From assembly GCA_964432475.1 (NCBI GenBank), contig CAYSNN010000001.1, positions 1 to 58,237 of the forward strand: 58,237 bases of DNA. The letters run 5' to 3'. A program made the translations under genes and the position numbers. Source of the DNA: an uncultured Gammaproteobacteria bacterium (GTDB taxonomy: Bacteria > Patescibacteriota > Microgenomatia > Daviesbacterales > UBA10151). The stretch's first letter is position 1; every line of letters starts with the position of its first letter. The notes beneath the pieces are model-generated. The model made no database searches and was not told the DNA's origin. It worked only from the letters and a program-made list of their open reading frames with translations. Shown here piece by piece: positions 8,093 through 15,962 of the stretch.

Positions 8093-8941
8093 TTAATCAC
8101 CAAGATTAAAGTATCCTACAATTGCCTGACGAATATCCTCTAAAACTGCCGTAGTCTTGCTTGGATCTCCCTCAATCAGTAGTTCGACTTTTGCCCTTCT
8201 TCCGGTTTGTATACATTTAACCTGCGCTTTTTCTGCTCTTTTAGAGATTGCATCACTTAATTCACTTTGAACGCGGTCAATTTCTTCAGACATTATATGC
8301 ATTGAATTTACATCTGCACTCTTTTTAGGACCCATCCCCTGTCTTGCTCTGAGTCTTCGAACCAATTCTTCAGTGCCTCTGACAGATAAATTTCTTTTTA
8401 ATACGTCCTTGTAAGCAGCAATAATAGCATGAGGATCCTCTAAAGCAGCTAAAGCTCTGGCATGACCCTCAGTTGTTGCACCGGACATTAAAGCATCCTT
8501 TAATGCATCAGGTAGTGTTAAAAGTCTAATGGTGTTTGAGATGTATGAGGGACTTTTGGAAACTCTTTCTGCAATTTCAGCATTAGTTAAACCAAATTCT
8601 TCCATAAGTCTTCTATATGCTTGTGCTCTCTCCAGTGGGTTTAAATCAATCCTTTGGACATTTTCAACAATTGCCATTTCCAGCATGCCTTGCGGACTTG
8701 TTTCGCGGATGATTACCGGCACTTTCAAAGATCCGATTAATTTAGAAGCTCTCCACCGCCTTTCTCCTGCAATGATTTGATAACCTGCCGGAGTTTTGGC
8801 AACCACTAAAGGCTCAAGTATTCCGTGTGCTTTAATGGATTCCGCCAGTTCAGATAAAGATTCAGGGGAGATTAAGCCACGGGGCTGCAAGGGGTTTGGC
8901 TGAAGTAAATCAATTTCTAACTCATAAATCTGCTCATCCAT
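8093..8941 (-). CDS. parB: ParB/Spo0J-family partition protein
   Basis: LQPNPLQPR, the GERRWRASK box and an HTH region (LTNAEIAERVSKSPSYISNTIRLL) are present. Confidence 0.9.
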   Translation of the reverse strand: MDEQIYELEIDLLQPNPLQPRGLISPESLSELAESIKAHGILEPLVVAKTPAGYQIIAGERRWRASKLIGSLKVPVIIRETSPQGMLEMAIVENVQRIDLNPLERAQAYRRLMEEFGLTNAEIAERVSKSPSYISNTIRLLTLPDALKDALMSGATTEGHARALAALEDPHAIIAAYKDVLKRNLSVRGTEELVRRLRARQGMGPKKSADVNSMHIMSEEIDRVQSELSDAISKRAEKAQVKCIQTGRRAKVELLIEGDPSKTTAVLEDIRQAIVGYFNLGD

Positions 8942-8958
8942 AAGGGTATATAAGTTGC

Positions 8959-9204
8959 TTACTTTACATTAACTATCTTTTTGCTAAGCTTTTTACTAAA
9001 CTCTACAATTCCCTCTGTTACAGCAAAAATCGTATAATCATTACCTTGCTTAGTGCCTACTCCCGGGTAAAATTTGTTTCCTTTTTGTCTTACAATTATA
9101 TTTCCTGATATGACTTTTCCTCCACCATAAACTTTAACGCCTAAACGCTTTGATACTGAATCCCTATTCTTCCTAGTACTTCCGCCACCAGTTTTATGTG
9201 CCAT
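8959..9204 (-). CDS. rpmA: 50S ribosomal protein L27
   Basis: [28 protein letters not shown]... is the canonical L27 N-terminus. Confidence 0.95.
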   Translation of the reverse strand: MAHKTGGGSTRKNRDSVSKRLGVKVYGGGKVISGNIIVRQKGNKFYPGVGTKQGNDYTIFAVTEGIVEFSKKLSKKIVNVK

Positions 9205-9505
9205 ACTTTTTCAAAGCTAGAACAACTTTTGTCTTTTTCGGTCGGATACCTGTAACTTTACGAAAGTTTGCTTTAGCATGAAATTTTGCCACCCGGATTT
9301 TATCTGCTTTTACCATCTCTAAGCAATCTAATGTTAATTTCTCTTTTAAGTATGGTGTTCCGAGTTTAATTTTCCCACCTTCAGAAAGCATCAAAACAGA
9401 AGCTTCAATCTTTTTATCAGTCTCACCTAAGAAATCCACCTCCAAAGGCTGATTTGGAATGACTTTATATTGTTTACCGGAAATCTCACAGATTGCATAA
9501 TCCAT
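9194..9505 (-). CDS. rplU: 50S ribosomal protein L21
   Basis: [15 protein letters not shown]... and ...[19 protein letters not shown] match the L21 pattern. The gene sits immediately upstream of rpmA. Confidence 0.93.
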   Translation of the reverse strand: MDYAICEISGKQYKVIPNQPLEVDFLGETDKKIEASVLMLSEGGKIKLGTPYLKEKLTLDCLEMVKADKIRVAKFHAKANFRKVTGIRPKKTKVVLALKKYGT

Positions 9506-9515
9506 TATGTGCTAG

Positions 9516-9544
9516 ATTTTACATTTTCACAGAAGAAAATGCAA
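9516..9544 (-). promoter_or_regulatory. candidate rplU-rpmA promoter (TTGCAT-N17-TAAAAT)
   Basis: The minus strand reads TTGCAT tttcttctgtgaaaatg TAAAAT ctagcacata ATG. The predicted leader is very short and has no SD. Confidence 0.5.
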
Positions 9545-9557
9545 GGCCGGGGGAAGT

Positions 9558-10622
9558 TCAGTCAAAATCAATTTTCCTTTGAAACCTCGTAATGGAGGAG
9601 ACCAGTCCTAAACAAACTAAGGTCACAACCAAAGAGCTGCCTCCATAAGAGATAAGCGGTAAGGTTATTCCTGTTATAGGCAGTATTCCTAAATTCATAC
9701 CTACATTTACAAATATTTGAAAAAGCAGCATGGAAAAAACCCCCAGAGTCAATACAAAGCTAAGTCTATCCTCCACTTTATTCGCAATCCTTAAGCAAAC
9801 GGTTAGTAAATACCAGTAAATGGCAAGAATTACTATCGCACCCAAGAATCCCATCTCTTCCGCAATCGAGGCAAATATAAAATCAGTTCTAAATTCCGGC
9901 AAAAATTGTAAACGGGACTGAGTTCCCCTGCCTAACCCCCTACCTGTCAACTGTCCTGATCCTACTGCTATAGTGGATTGAATAAGATTATAACCGCTCC
10001 CCAGCGGGTCTGCTCCCGGAGTTAAAAATCCGGTAATTCTCTGTTTTTGATAATCTTGTAAAACCAACCAACTCAAGGGGATTATTAAGCTTGCAATCAA
10101 AATTAAGATTAAAATCTTCTTTATGGAAATCCGTGCTGCAAGCAGCATTCCAATCCAGATTGCCATAAGGGTTAAAGAAGATCCTAGATCAGGCTGTCTA
10201 AACACCAAAATTACAGGTGGAGCAACCCAAAGCAGACTTTTAAAAATATTAGTCCATGTCGGAGCATTTTTCTCCCAAAAAGAAGCAAGGGCCAAAAGCA
10301 AAACAGGCTTTGCAAATTCCGAAGGTTGGATATTAAAAAATCCAAGCGGTATCCATCTCACCGATCCCCGGGTTTCTATACCTAAAATAAGTACCACTAG
10401 CAAAAGTATAAGTGTCAAAATATATAAAGGATTTATAAGTCTTCTTAAAGACCCTAATCCTAAATGCGAAATAAATAAAAACAATGCAAACCCAAGTACT
10501 GTAAATATAAACTGCTGCAAGGCCAGTTCCAAAGAAGAAGAATAAATTACCAAGATCCCAATAGAAATTAAAAGCAAGCTTGACAAACTAATTGGCCAAT
10601 TAACGAAGTTTAATATTTTCAT
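9558..10622 (-). CDS. rodA: SEDS-family peptidoglycan glycosyltransferase, RodA-like
   Basis: FRQPDLGSSL, GSGYNLIQSTIAVGSGQLTGRGLG and PEFRTDFIFA are present. This is the second SEDS paralog, located outside the dcw cluster. Confidence 0.85.
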   Translation of the reverse strand: MKILNFVNWPISLSSLLLISIGILVIYSSSLELALQQFIFTVLGFALFLFISHLGLGSLRRLINPLYILTLILLLVVLILGIETRGSVRWIPLGFFNIQPSEFAKPVLLLALASFWEKNAPTWTNIFKSLLWVAPPVILVFRQPDLGSSLTLMAIWIGMLLAARISIKKILILILIASLIIPLSWLVLQDYQKQRITGFLTPGADPLGSGYNLIQSTIAVGSGQLTGRGLGRGTQSRLQFLPEFRTDFIFASIAEEMGFLGAIVILAIYWYLLTVCLRIANKVEDRLSFVLTLGVFSMLLFQIFVNVGMNLGILPITGITLPLISYGGSSLVVTLVCLGLVSSITRFQRKIDFD

Positions 10623-13498
10623 CCAACTTTAGTAATCTGTAAAGTCTCACCTTCAGATATAGAAACTGAGGCAGTACTTTTTAAAATTAGTTCTTCAAAG
10701 GCTTTTGGCCATTTTGGAGAAAGAATTTGGGTCCTATCAGCCAATGTTAAGTTCTGCTCTTTCCTCATCTGCTGTATTTGCCTTATCAAATCCCTTGCTT
10801 CGCCTTCTTCAGCAAGCTCTGGAGTAATATCTGTGTTCAATTCTACTTCAGGTTCAATTTTTGAAGACTTTTGATACTCTACTTTTTTAACATTAAGCTC
10901 CTGAGCTAAAATATTTTCTAAATCTGAATCTAATTTCTGAGACAATTTATATATTATGGATAAAAGAGGTTGTCTAAGCTTAACCCCAGCCTCTTTTCTT
11001 TTTGCATTACCCATTTCAGCTATCTTTCTGACAACAGTCATATCTTTAATTAACTTTGTATCAAGCAAATCCATTTCCGGCTTTGGAAAGTCTTGTAGAT
11101 GTACCGACTCTTCCTTTGTTAAATTTCTAAAGATTTCTTCGGAAATAAAAGGCATGAAAGGGGCCAAAAGCTTGCTTAAGTTAAGTAAAACCGTATACAT
11201 AGTCGAAAGACATCTGTTTCTATCTTTTAAATCCGCCTCTAACCCAACTCTATCTCTTGATCTTCTAATATACCAGGTTGAAAAATCACTGACTACAAAC
11301 TCCTCGAGTGAACGTGACGCTGTCATAGCATCATATTTTTCTAAACACTCACTTACTATCTTTGTTACCTCGGTAATTCTTGCCATTATCCATTTATCTA
11401 AAACCGTAGGTTCCCCCTTTTCAAGTTCATTGCTCCAGTCACTAAGCGACGCGTAGTCTATAAAAAATTTATAGGTATTCCAAAAAATCAAATAGAACCT
11501 TCTTCTAATCTGATCTGTTACACCATATCCAAAATTTAAATTATATTCCGGATTTTGGGTGACATACAACCACCTCATTACATCAACACCAATTTTATCT
11601 GCAGCCTCATTGAATTCAATTGCATTACCTTTTGATTTATGCATCTCCCCACCTTTTTCATCAACCACATTGGCAAAGCCTAGTAAGTTTTTGAAAGGAT
11701 TTTCGTTTTTAAGTACCGTACTCATAGCAATCAAAGAATAGAACCAGTTTTTAAACTGTCCGGGAAAACCTTCGGTCACAAAATCAGCCGGAAACCAACC
11801 TTGAGGCATAGTAGAATAGGGGACAATACCCGCATCCAACCAAGGATTGCCTACATCCGGAATTCTAAAACTCACTTCATCACAACTTAGACATCTTATT
11901 TTTATCTCATCAACCCAAGGGCGATGTGGAGAATTCCCCTGAAATTTATCCCATCCTTCAACTGCCAACTTTTCCAGCTCTTCTTTACTACCTATAACCT
12001 CAAATTTTCCGCACTTACTACATTCCCAGATAGGCAAAGCCAGTCCCCAGTATCTTTTCTTAGAAATTAGCCAATCATGCATATTTTTCAGCCAGTCTAA
12101 TTCCCGATCGAGGCCCCAAGATGGCATCCAGTTTATTTTTTTGGCTACCTCAATCATCTGCTCACGATATGTCTTACCGCTTTGATCCTTTTTCTCCATG
12201 GCAATATACCACTCATCAACCACTCTCCAAACGAGTTCTGTTTTGCAGCGCCAGCAAGTTGGATATCTATGAGTATAATTTTTGATCGTTAACAAAAATT
12301 CCTCATTTTCTTTTAAGTAATTAATTATTAGACTTGGGTCAGTCTTTGCGTTCATACCACTAAGGTCTCCCATCCCATCTAAGTAATTTGCACCCTCATC
12401 AATCACTTCTATAACAGGAAGACCATACTTTTTACCCAATTGAAAATCTTCGGTGCCGGCACCAGTTGCTACATGGACTAAACCCGTCCCCTCCTCGCTA
12501 CTCACTGGTAAAATCTGTTCGTCACCAGCCACTACTCTGTGTTTATAGCGTCCTAACGACTTTTTAACTCGCTCTAAATTATCAAAAGGCCCTGTGTATT
12601 CCCAACCTACTAACTTATTTCCCCTGCTTCCCTCATTTCCCCTGCTTCCCTCACCTTCTAAAATCCCTTCCTGGATCAACCTATCTAATGCCTTTTTCAT
12701 TACCCAGACTTTTCCATCCTGAATAGGATAAGCTACATATACTTCATCAACATTTACTGCTACAGCCACATTAGCAGGGATGGTCCATGGAGTTGTTGTC
12801 CAAACTAACAAATATTCATTATCTTTTCCTATAATTGGCAGTTTAAAATAAACTGACTCATGAGTTAATTCTTTATACTCCTCAGTTAATATCTCATGTT
12901 GAGAGATAGCCGTACCGCACCTGGGACACCAAGGCACACTGTCATGACCTTTATATAACCACCCCTTTTCATGGACTGTTTTTATAAAATTCCAAATTGC
13001 GTAATTATTACTTTCTGAGGAGGTGTGATAGGAATTATCCCAATCCATAAAATATCCCAAACGTTTTGATTGCTCGGTTTGAACTCCTGAGTATTTTTTG
13101 ACTCTTTCTTTGCAAAGATTGATAAATTTTTCTAAGCTTTTATATTTATCCCCGGGTACTAAATTTTCTATATCTTTTTTACTTTTTAAACCTAACTCTT
13201 TTTCAACTTCTACCTCAACCCAAAGGCCTTGTTCATCAAATCCATTTTGAAATCTCTGTTTGTACCCTGACATATTAAAAAACCTTTGCCAAAGATCTTT
13301 ATAAGTCCTTCCCCAAGCATGATGTACCCCCATCGGGTTATTGGCAGTTATCGGCCCGTCCAAAAAGGAGAATTTCTTATCAGAAGACTGATTTCTTTTC
13401 AAATATTTCTCAACAATCCCCTCTTTGTACCAGAAATCCAAAAGTTCTCTCTCAAGTAAGGAAAAATCAACCTGAGATGAAACTGGTTTAAATGCCAT
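10619..13498 (-). CDS. ileS: isoleucyl-tRNA synthetase
   Basis: 959 aa with a HIGH-like PMGVHHAWGR and a KMSKS-like EMHKSKGN. Zn-type CxxC pairs are WCPRCGT and CWRCKT, and the WTTTPWTIP editing-domain entry is present. Confidence 0.95.
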   Translation of the reverse strand: MAFKPVSSQVDFSLLERELLDFWYKEGIVEKYLKRNQSSDKKFSFLDGPITANNPMGVHHAWGRTYKDLWQRFFNMSGYKQRFQNGFDEQGLWVEVEVEKELGLKSKKDIENLVPGDKYKSLEKFINLCKERVKKYSGVQTEQSKRLGYFMDWDNSYHTSSESNNYAIWNFIKTVHEKGWLYKGHDSVPWCPRCGTAISQHEILTEEYKELTHESVYFKLPIIGKDNEYLLVWTTTPWTIPANVAVAVNVDEVYVAYPIQDGKVWVMKKALDRLIQEGILEGEGSRGNEGSRGNKLVGWEYTGPFDNLERVKKSLGRYKHRVVAGDEQILPVSSEEGTGLVHVATGAGTEDFQLGKKYGLPVIEVIDEGANYLDGMGDLSGMNAKTDPSLIINYLKENEEFLLTIKNYTHRYPTCWRCKTELVWRVVDEWYIAMEKKDQSGKTYREQMIEVAKKINWMPSWGLDRELDWLKNMHDWLISKKRYWGLALPIWECSKCGKFEVIGSKEELEKLAVEGWDKFQGNSPHRPWVDEIKIRCLSCDEVSFRIPDVGNPWLDAGIVPYSTMPQGWFPADFVTEGFPGQFKNWFYSLIAMSTVLKNENPFKNLLGFANVVDEKGGEMHKSKGNAIEFNEAADKIGVDVMRWLYVTQNPEYNLNFGYGVTDQIRRRFYLIFWNTYKFFIDYASLSDWSNELEKGEPTVLDKWIMARITEVTKIVSECLEKYDAMTASRSLEEFVVSDFSTWYIRRSRDRVGLEADLKDRNRCLSTMYTVLLNLSKLLAPFMPFISEEIFRNLTKEESVHLQDFPKPEMDLLDTKLIKDMTVVRKIAEMGNAKRKEAGVKLRQPLLSIIYKLSQKLDSDLENILAQELNVKKVEYQKSSKIEPEVELNTDITPELAEEGEARDLIRQIQQMRKEQNLTLADRTQILSPKWPKAFEELILKSTASVSISEGETLQITKVG
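12617..12652. repeat. perfect 18-bp tandem duplication inside ileS
   Basis: ATTTCCCCTGCTTCCCTC occurs twice (12617-12634 and 12635-12652). It encodes EGSRGN-EGSRGN in frame. Confidence 0.95.
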
Positions 13499-13508
13499 AA
13501 TGTGTAAG

Positions 13509-13517
13509 ATTTTAGCA
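13509..13517 (-). promoter_or_regulatory. extended -10 box (TGCTAAAAT) 10 nt upstream of the ileS ATG
   Basis: The minus strand reads TTCTGCTAAAAT-cttacacatt-ATG, with no SD. Confidence 0.4.
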
Positions 13518-13544
13518 GAATATAACCTTTTAGGCTAGCGCCAC

Positions 13545-13583
13545 ACCCACCCCAGGGGTGTCGTAGGTTGACACCTAAGGATA
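13545..13583 (+). repeat. REP-like 39-nt GC-rich hairpin element, copy B, directly 5' of the RAYT-like gene
   Basis: ACCCACCCCAGGGGTGTCGTAGGTTGACACCTAAGGATA, with a perfect 6-bp stem GGTGTC-[GTAGGTT]-GACACC. Confidence 0.8.
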
Positions 13584-13603
13584 AACAACTTAAACTATAT
13601 TTA

Positions 13604-14278
13604 ATGCCCTATCGTAAAACCCCTTTGGTTACCGAACAGATCTATCACGTATTCAACAGAAGCGTTGCACGTCAGCCAATATTTTTGACCAATAGTGACT
13701 ATCAACGGGCACTAGCAGTTTTAGAGTATTATTGTTACTTTAAACCATCCTTAAGATTTTCACACTACAACCGCCTGCTCCAACCCTTTAAAGACGAATT
13801 TCGTAAAAACCTCAAGCAAAATAACGAGCACTCTATAAAACTGTTAGCATTCTGCTTCATGCCAAACCATGTACACTTTTTAATTAAAGAAATAAGAGAA
13901 AACGGTATAGCCGCTTTTATGAGTAATTTCCAAAACAGCTATGCAAAATACTTTAATCTTAAAAATGGTAGAACAGGGGCTTTATTTCAAGCTATGTTTA
14001 AAGCTGTTTTAATTGAAACCGATGAACAACTACTCCATGTAGTTCGATATATACACTTAAATCCCTTAACATCATTTATCCTGAAAAATATTGAAGACTT
14101 AGCAAAATACCCATGGTCTTCATTCCAAGAATATTTAGGCAAAAGCAAATGGAATATTGTAGATAAAGATTTTATCTTAAGCTTTTTTCCATCACTTAAG
14201 CATTTCATTGACTTTACTAAAGACCAAATAGACTACCAAAGGGAACTGGATAAAATTAAGCATTTAACTTTCGAATAA
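13604..14278 (+). CDS. HUH-Y1 transposase, IS200/COG1943 (REP-associated tyrosine transposase-like)
   Basis: HUH motif MPNHVHFLI, GRTGALFQAMFKAV, catalytic Tyr region VVRYIHLNPL and YPWSSF are present. The ATG at 13604 is preferred over the TTG at 13568, which lies inside the repeat. Confidence 0.85.
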   Translation: MPYRKTPLVTEQIYHVFNRSVARQPIFLTNSDYQRALAVLEYYCYFKPSLRFSHYNRLLQPFKDEFRKNLKQNNEHSIKLLAFCFMPNHVHFLIKEIRENGIAAFMSNFQNSYAKYFNLKNGRTGALFQAMFKAVLIETDEQLLHVVRYIHLNPLTSFILKNIEDLAKYPWSSFQEYLGKSKWNIVDKDFILSFFPSLKHFIDFTKDQIDYQRELDKIKHLTFE

Positions 14279-14316
14279 CCTAAAGATGCCTACCTTGTAC
14301 ACTCTTAGGGTGGGTT
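14279..14316 (-). repeat. degenerate inverted copy of the REP-like element, 3' of the RAYT-like gene
   Basis: The reverse complement reads AACCCACCCTAAGAGTGTACAAGGTAGGCATCTTTAGG. The ACCCACCC core is identical and GTGT, GTAGG and TAGG segments are retained. Identity is roughly two-thirds by eye and the stem is not preserved. Confidence 0.45.
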
Positions 14317-14407
14317 TATCTTTCATTGGTCTAGTTTTCTGATTTTCCCAACAGGAGGTTTTGGTATAGGCTTCCAGTTAGAATAGTCATTTCCTTCAAC
14401 CACTCTT

Positions 14408-14605
14408 TTAGGATCCTTCCACTATTTCTCTTTCCGTATTTATTTGTGCTGCTAGTTTATCGAGAGCTTCCATGATTGGTTTTGGAGGAATCTCTTGTAA
14501 TGAGCCTGTACCGGTAAATCCATTGAGATTTCCATTTTCATCAAGATTTGGGTAAACATCAATAGTGTCAACAAGCATTCCTGTTGTTCCTCTAATAGGG
14601 TCCAA
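14408..14605 (-). CDS. hypothetical small protein; lies in frame downstream of a TAA-terminated 15-codon ORF
   Basis: 65 codons from TTG. An internal ATG (MLVDTIDVY...) with AGAGGAA upstream is an alternative start. No family recognised. Confidence 0.35.
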   Translation of the reverse strand: MDPIRGTTGMLVDTIDVYPNLDENGNLNGFTGTGSLQEIPPKPIMEALDKLAAQINTEREIVEGS

Positions 14606-14653
14606 TTAACAAGAAGACTCACCCCCTTGATCTAAATTATGTTCTACAGCCAT
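14606..14653 (-). CDS. 15-codon mini-ORF (MAVEHNLDQGGESSC) with a strong RBS
   Basis: AAAGGAG lies 5 nt upstream of the ATG at 14653. The TAA at 14608-14606 is in frame with the following 65-codon ORF. Confidence 0.3.
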   Translation of the reverse strand: MAVEHNLDQGGESSC

Positions 14654-14680
14654 ATTTTCTCCTTTCAAAGATCTTTGTGA

Positions 14681-14709
14681 ATTATACAAAAAGCCCCTGT
14701 GTTAAGCAA
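14681..14709 (-). promoter_or_regulatory. strong sigma70-like promoter (TTGCTT-N17-TATAAT) for the small ORF pair
   Basis: The minus strand reads TTGCTT aacacaggggctttttg TATAAT, directly after the ftsZ stop. Confidence 0.55.
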
Positions 14710-14731
14710 ATAATCGATTAGTTTAACAAAC

Positions 14732-15895
14732 TTAGCGGTTGGATCTTAGAAATGCTGGGATTTCTAAATCTTCATCTTCTTCTCTATCTTGCTCTTGCAC
14801 AACTTCTTCAGGTTCTGAAGCTGACTGAGCTACTGTTGTCTCTTCTCTACTATTAGTCCAGGAAGAAGGAGGAGCGCTTTGTTGGTTATGTAAAGGTGCA
14901 GATCCTATCCCTGTTCCAATATACTCCCTTAGTCTTCTTCTGGTTTCATCAAACCCAGTTGCAATTACAGAAATCTTAACCTGATCCAGTTGATCTTCTT
15001 TAATTGTTGCACCAAAAATAATGTTTGCATCAGGATCTGCAGCTTGGGCAATAATTTGGGCCGCCTCATTTACCTCAGTCATAGAAAGATCAGATCCACC
15101 TACAATATTAAACAACACTCCCTTTGCCCCATCAATTGAAATCTCAAGTAAAGGTGAAGCAATAGCCATTCTGGCTGCAGCAGCTGCTCTGTTTTCTCCA
15201 CCGGCAACTCCAATACCCATCAAAGCTGATCCTGCATTAGACATAATTGTTTTAACGTCTGCAAAGTCAACATTAATCAGTCCGGGCATGGTAATCAAAT
15301 CTGAAATTCCCTGTACCCCTTGACCCAAAACTGAATCAGCCAGCTTAAACGCTTCCTGAAGAGTCATATTTTTTTCAACTGATTCAAGCAATCTTTGGTT
15401 TGGTATAGTAATTAAAGCATCAACCTTATCCTTTAGCTTCTCAATCCCCTCTTCGGCTACAACCATCCGTCTTGTTCCTTCAAAAGCAAAGGGTTTAGTG
15501 ACAACGGCTACAGTTAAAGCTCCCATATTTTTGGCAATTTGAGCGATAATAGGAATAGAACCGGTACCTGTCCCCCCACCCATTCCTGCTGTCAAAAACA
15601 CCATATCTGCATCCTGTAAAACATCTTCCAGCTTCTGTGTGGACTCCTCAGCAGCTTGTCTACCCACTTCCGGATCTCCACCAGATCCTAAACCTCGTGT
15701 TAACGTTTCTCCAATTTGAACTTTTGTCGGAGACTGATTATTCATCAAAGCCTGAGCATCTGTGTTAATTGCCACAAACTCAACACCTTGAATTTGCTGC
15801 AGAGAAATCATGGAATTTAAAGAGTTTGAACCACCACCACCAAGTCCAACAACCTTAATTTTTGCAAACCTTTGTACGTCCGGTTTAATCAGCAT
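14732..15895 (-). CDS. ftsZ: cell division GTPase FtsZ
   Basis: GLGGGGSN, the tubulin signature [10 protein letters not shown], and the C-terminal peptide DLEIPAFLR are present. Confidence 0.97.
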   Translation of the reverse strand: MLIKPDVQRFAKIKVVGLGGGGSNSLNSMISLQQIQGVEFVAINTDAQALMNNQSPTKVQIGETLTRGLGSGGDPEVGRQAAEESTQKLEDVLQDADMVFLTAGMGGGTGTGSIPIIAQIAKNMGALTVAVVTKPFAFEGTRRMVVAEEGIEKLKDKVDALITIPNQRLLESVEKNMTLQEAFKLADSVLGQGVQGISDLITMPGLINVDFADVKTIMSNAGSALMGIGVAGGENRAAAAARMAIASPLLEISIDGAKGVLFNIVGGSDLSMTEVNEAAQIIAQAADPDANIIFGATIKEDQLDQVKISVIATGFDETRRRLREYIGTGIGSAPLHNQQSAPPSSWTNSREETTVAQSASEPEEVVQEQDREEDEDLEIPAFLRSNR

Positions 15896-15913
15896 AATTG
15901 TGAGTTTGAGGGC

Positions 15914-15943
15914 ATTCTAACAAATGATTGTAAAGTTTACAAT
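15914..15943 (-). promoter_or_regulatory. candidate ftsZ promoter (TTGTAA-N17-TAGAAT) overlapped by a perfect 8-1-8 palindrome
   Basis: -10 is at 15919-15914 and -35 at 15942-15937. The palindrome ATTGTAAA-G-TTTACAAT spans 15927-15943. Confidence 0.5.
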
Positions 15944-15962
15944 CCCTTTCTGGGCATATGGT

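Larger units (their letters stand above)
13545..14316 (+). mobile_element. RAYT/IS200-like unit: a Y1 transposase gene bracketed by inverted REP-like elements
   Basis: The left element is at 13545-13583 (+), the gene at 13604-14278, and a degenerate inverted element at 14279-14316. Confidence 0.55.

Noticed and set aside
10123-11456. Long antisense ORFs inside conserved genes. Examples: 10123-10545 in rodA, 10956-11456 and 11559-11741 in ileS, 8529-8780 in parB, 15021-15323 in ftsZ, 16345-17328 in ftsA and 23411-23785 in murA. Others lie at 24429-24740, 28251-28514, 34655-34978, 42096-43115, 48154-48498 and 52914-53261.
   Set aside because: They lie opposite well-supported genes and give Ser/Pro/Ile-rich low-complexity translations. 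They lack RBS or promoter signals. This is the expected stop-poor antisense frame of AT-rich, codon-biased genes.
13499-13567. A T-box or other riboswitch leader upstream of ileS, and likewise upstream of glyQS.
   Set aside because: The ileS upstream region is only about 70 nt and is occupied by the REP-like element. glyQS is separated from recO by 5 nt. There is no room for a T-box of about 200 nt.
13568-13603. The TTG-initiated N-terminal extension (MTPKDKQLKLYL) of the transposase ORF.
   Set aside because: These codons are read from the REP-like repeat itself (TTGACACCTAAGGATA...). The ATG at 13604 gives the conserved family N-terminus.
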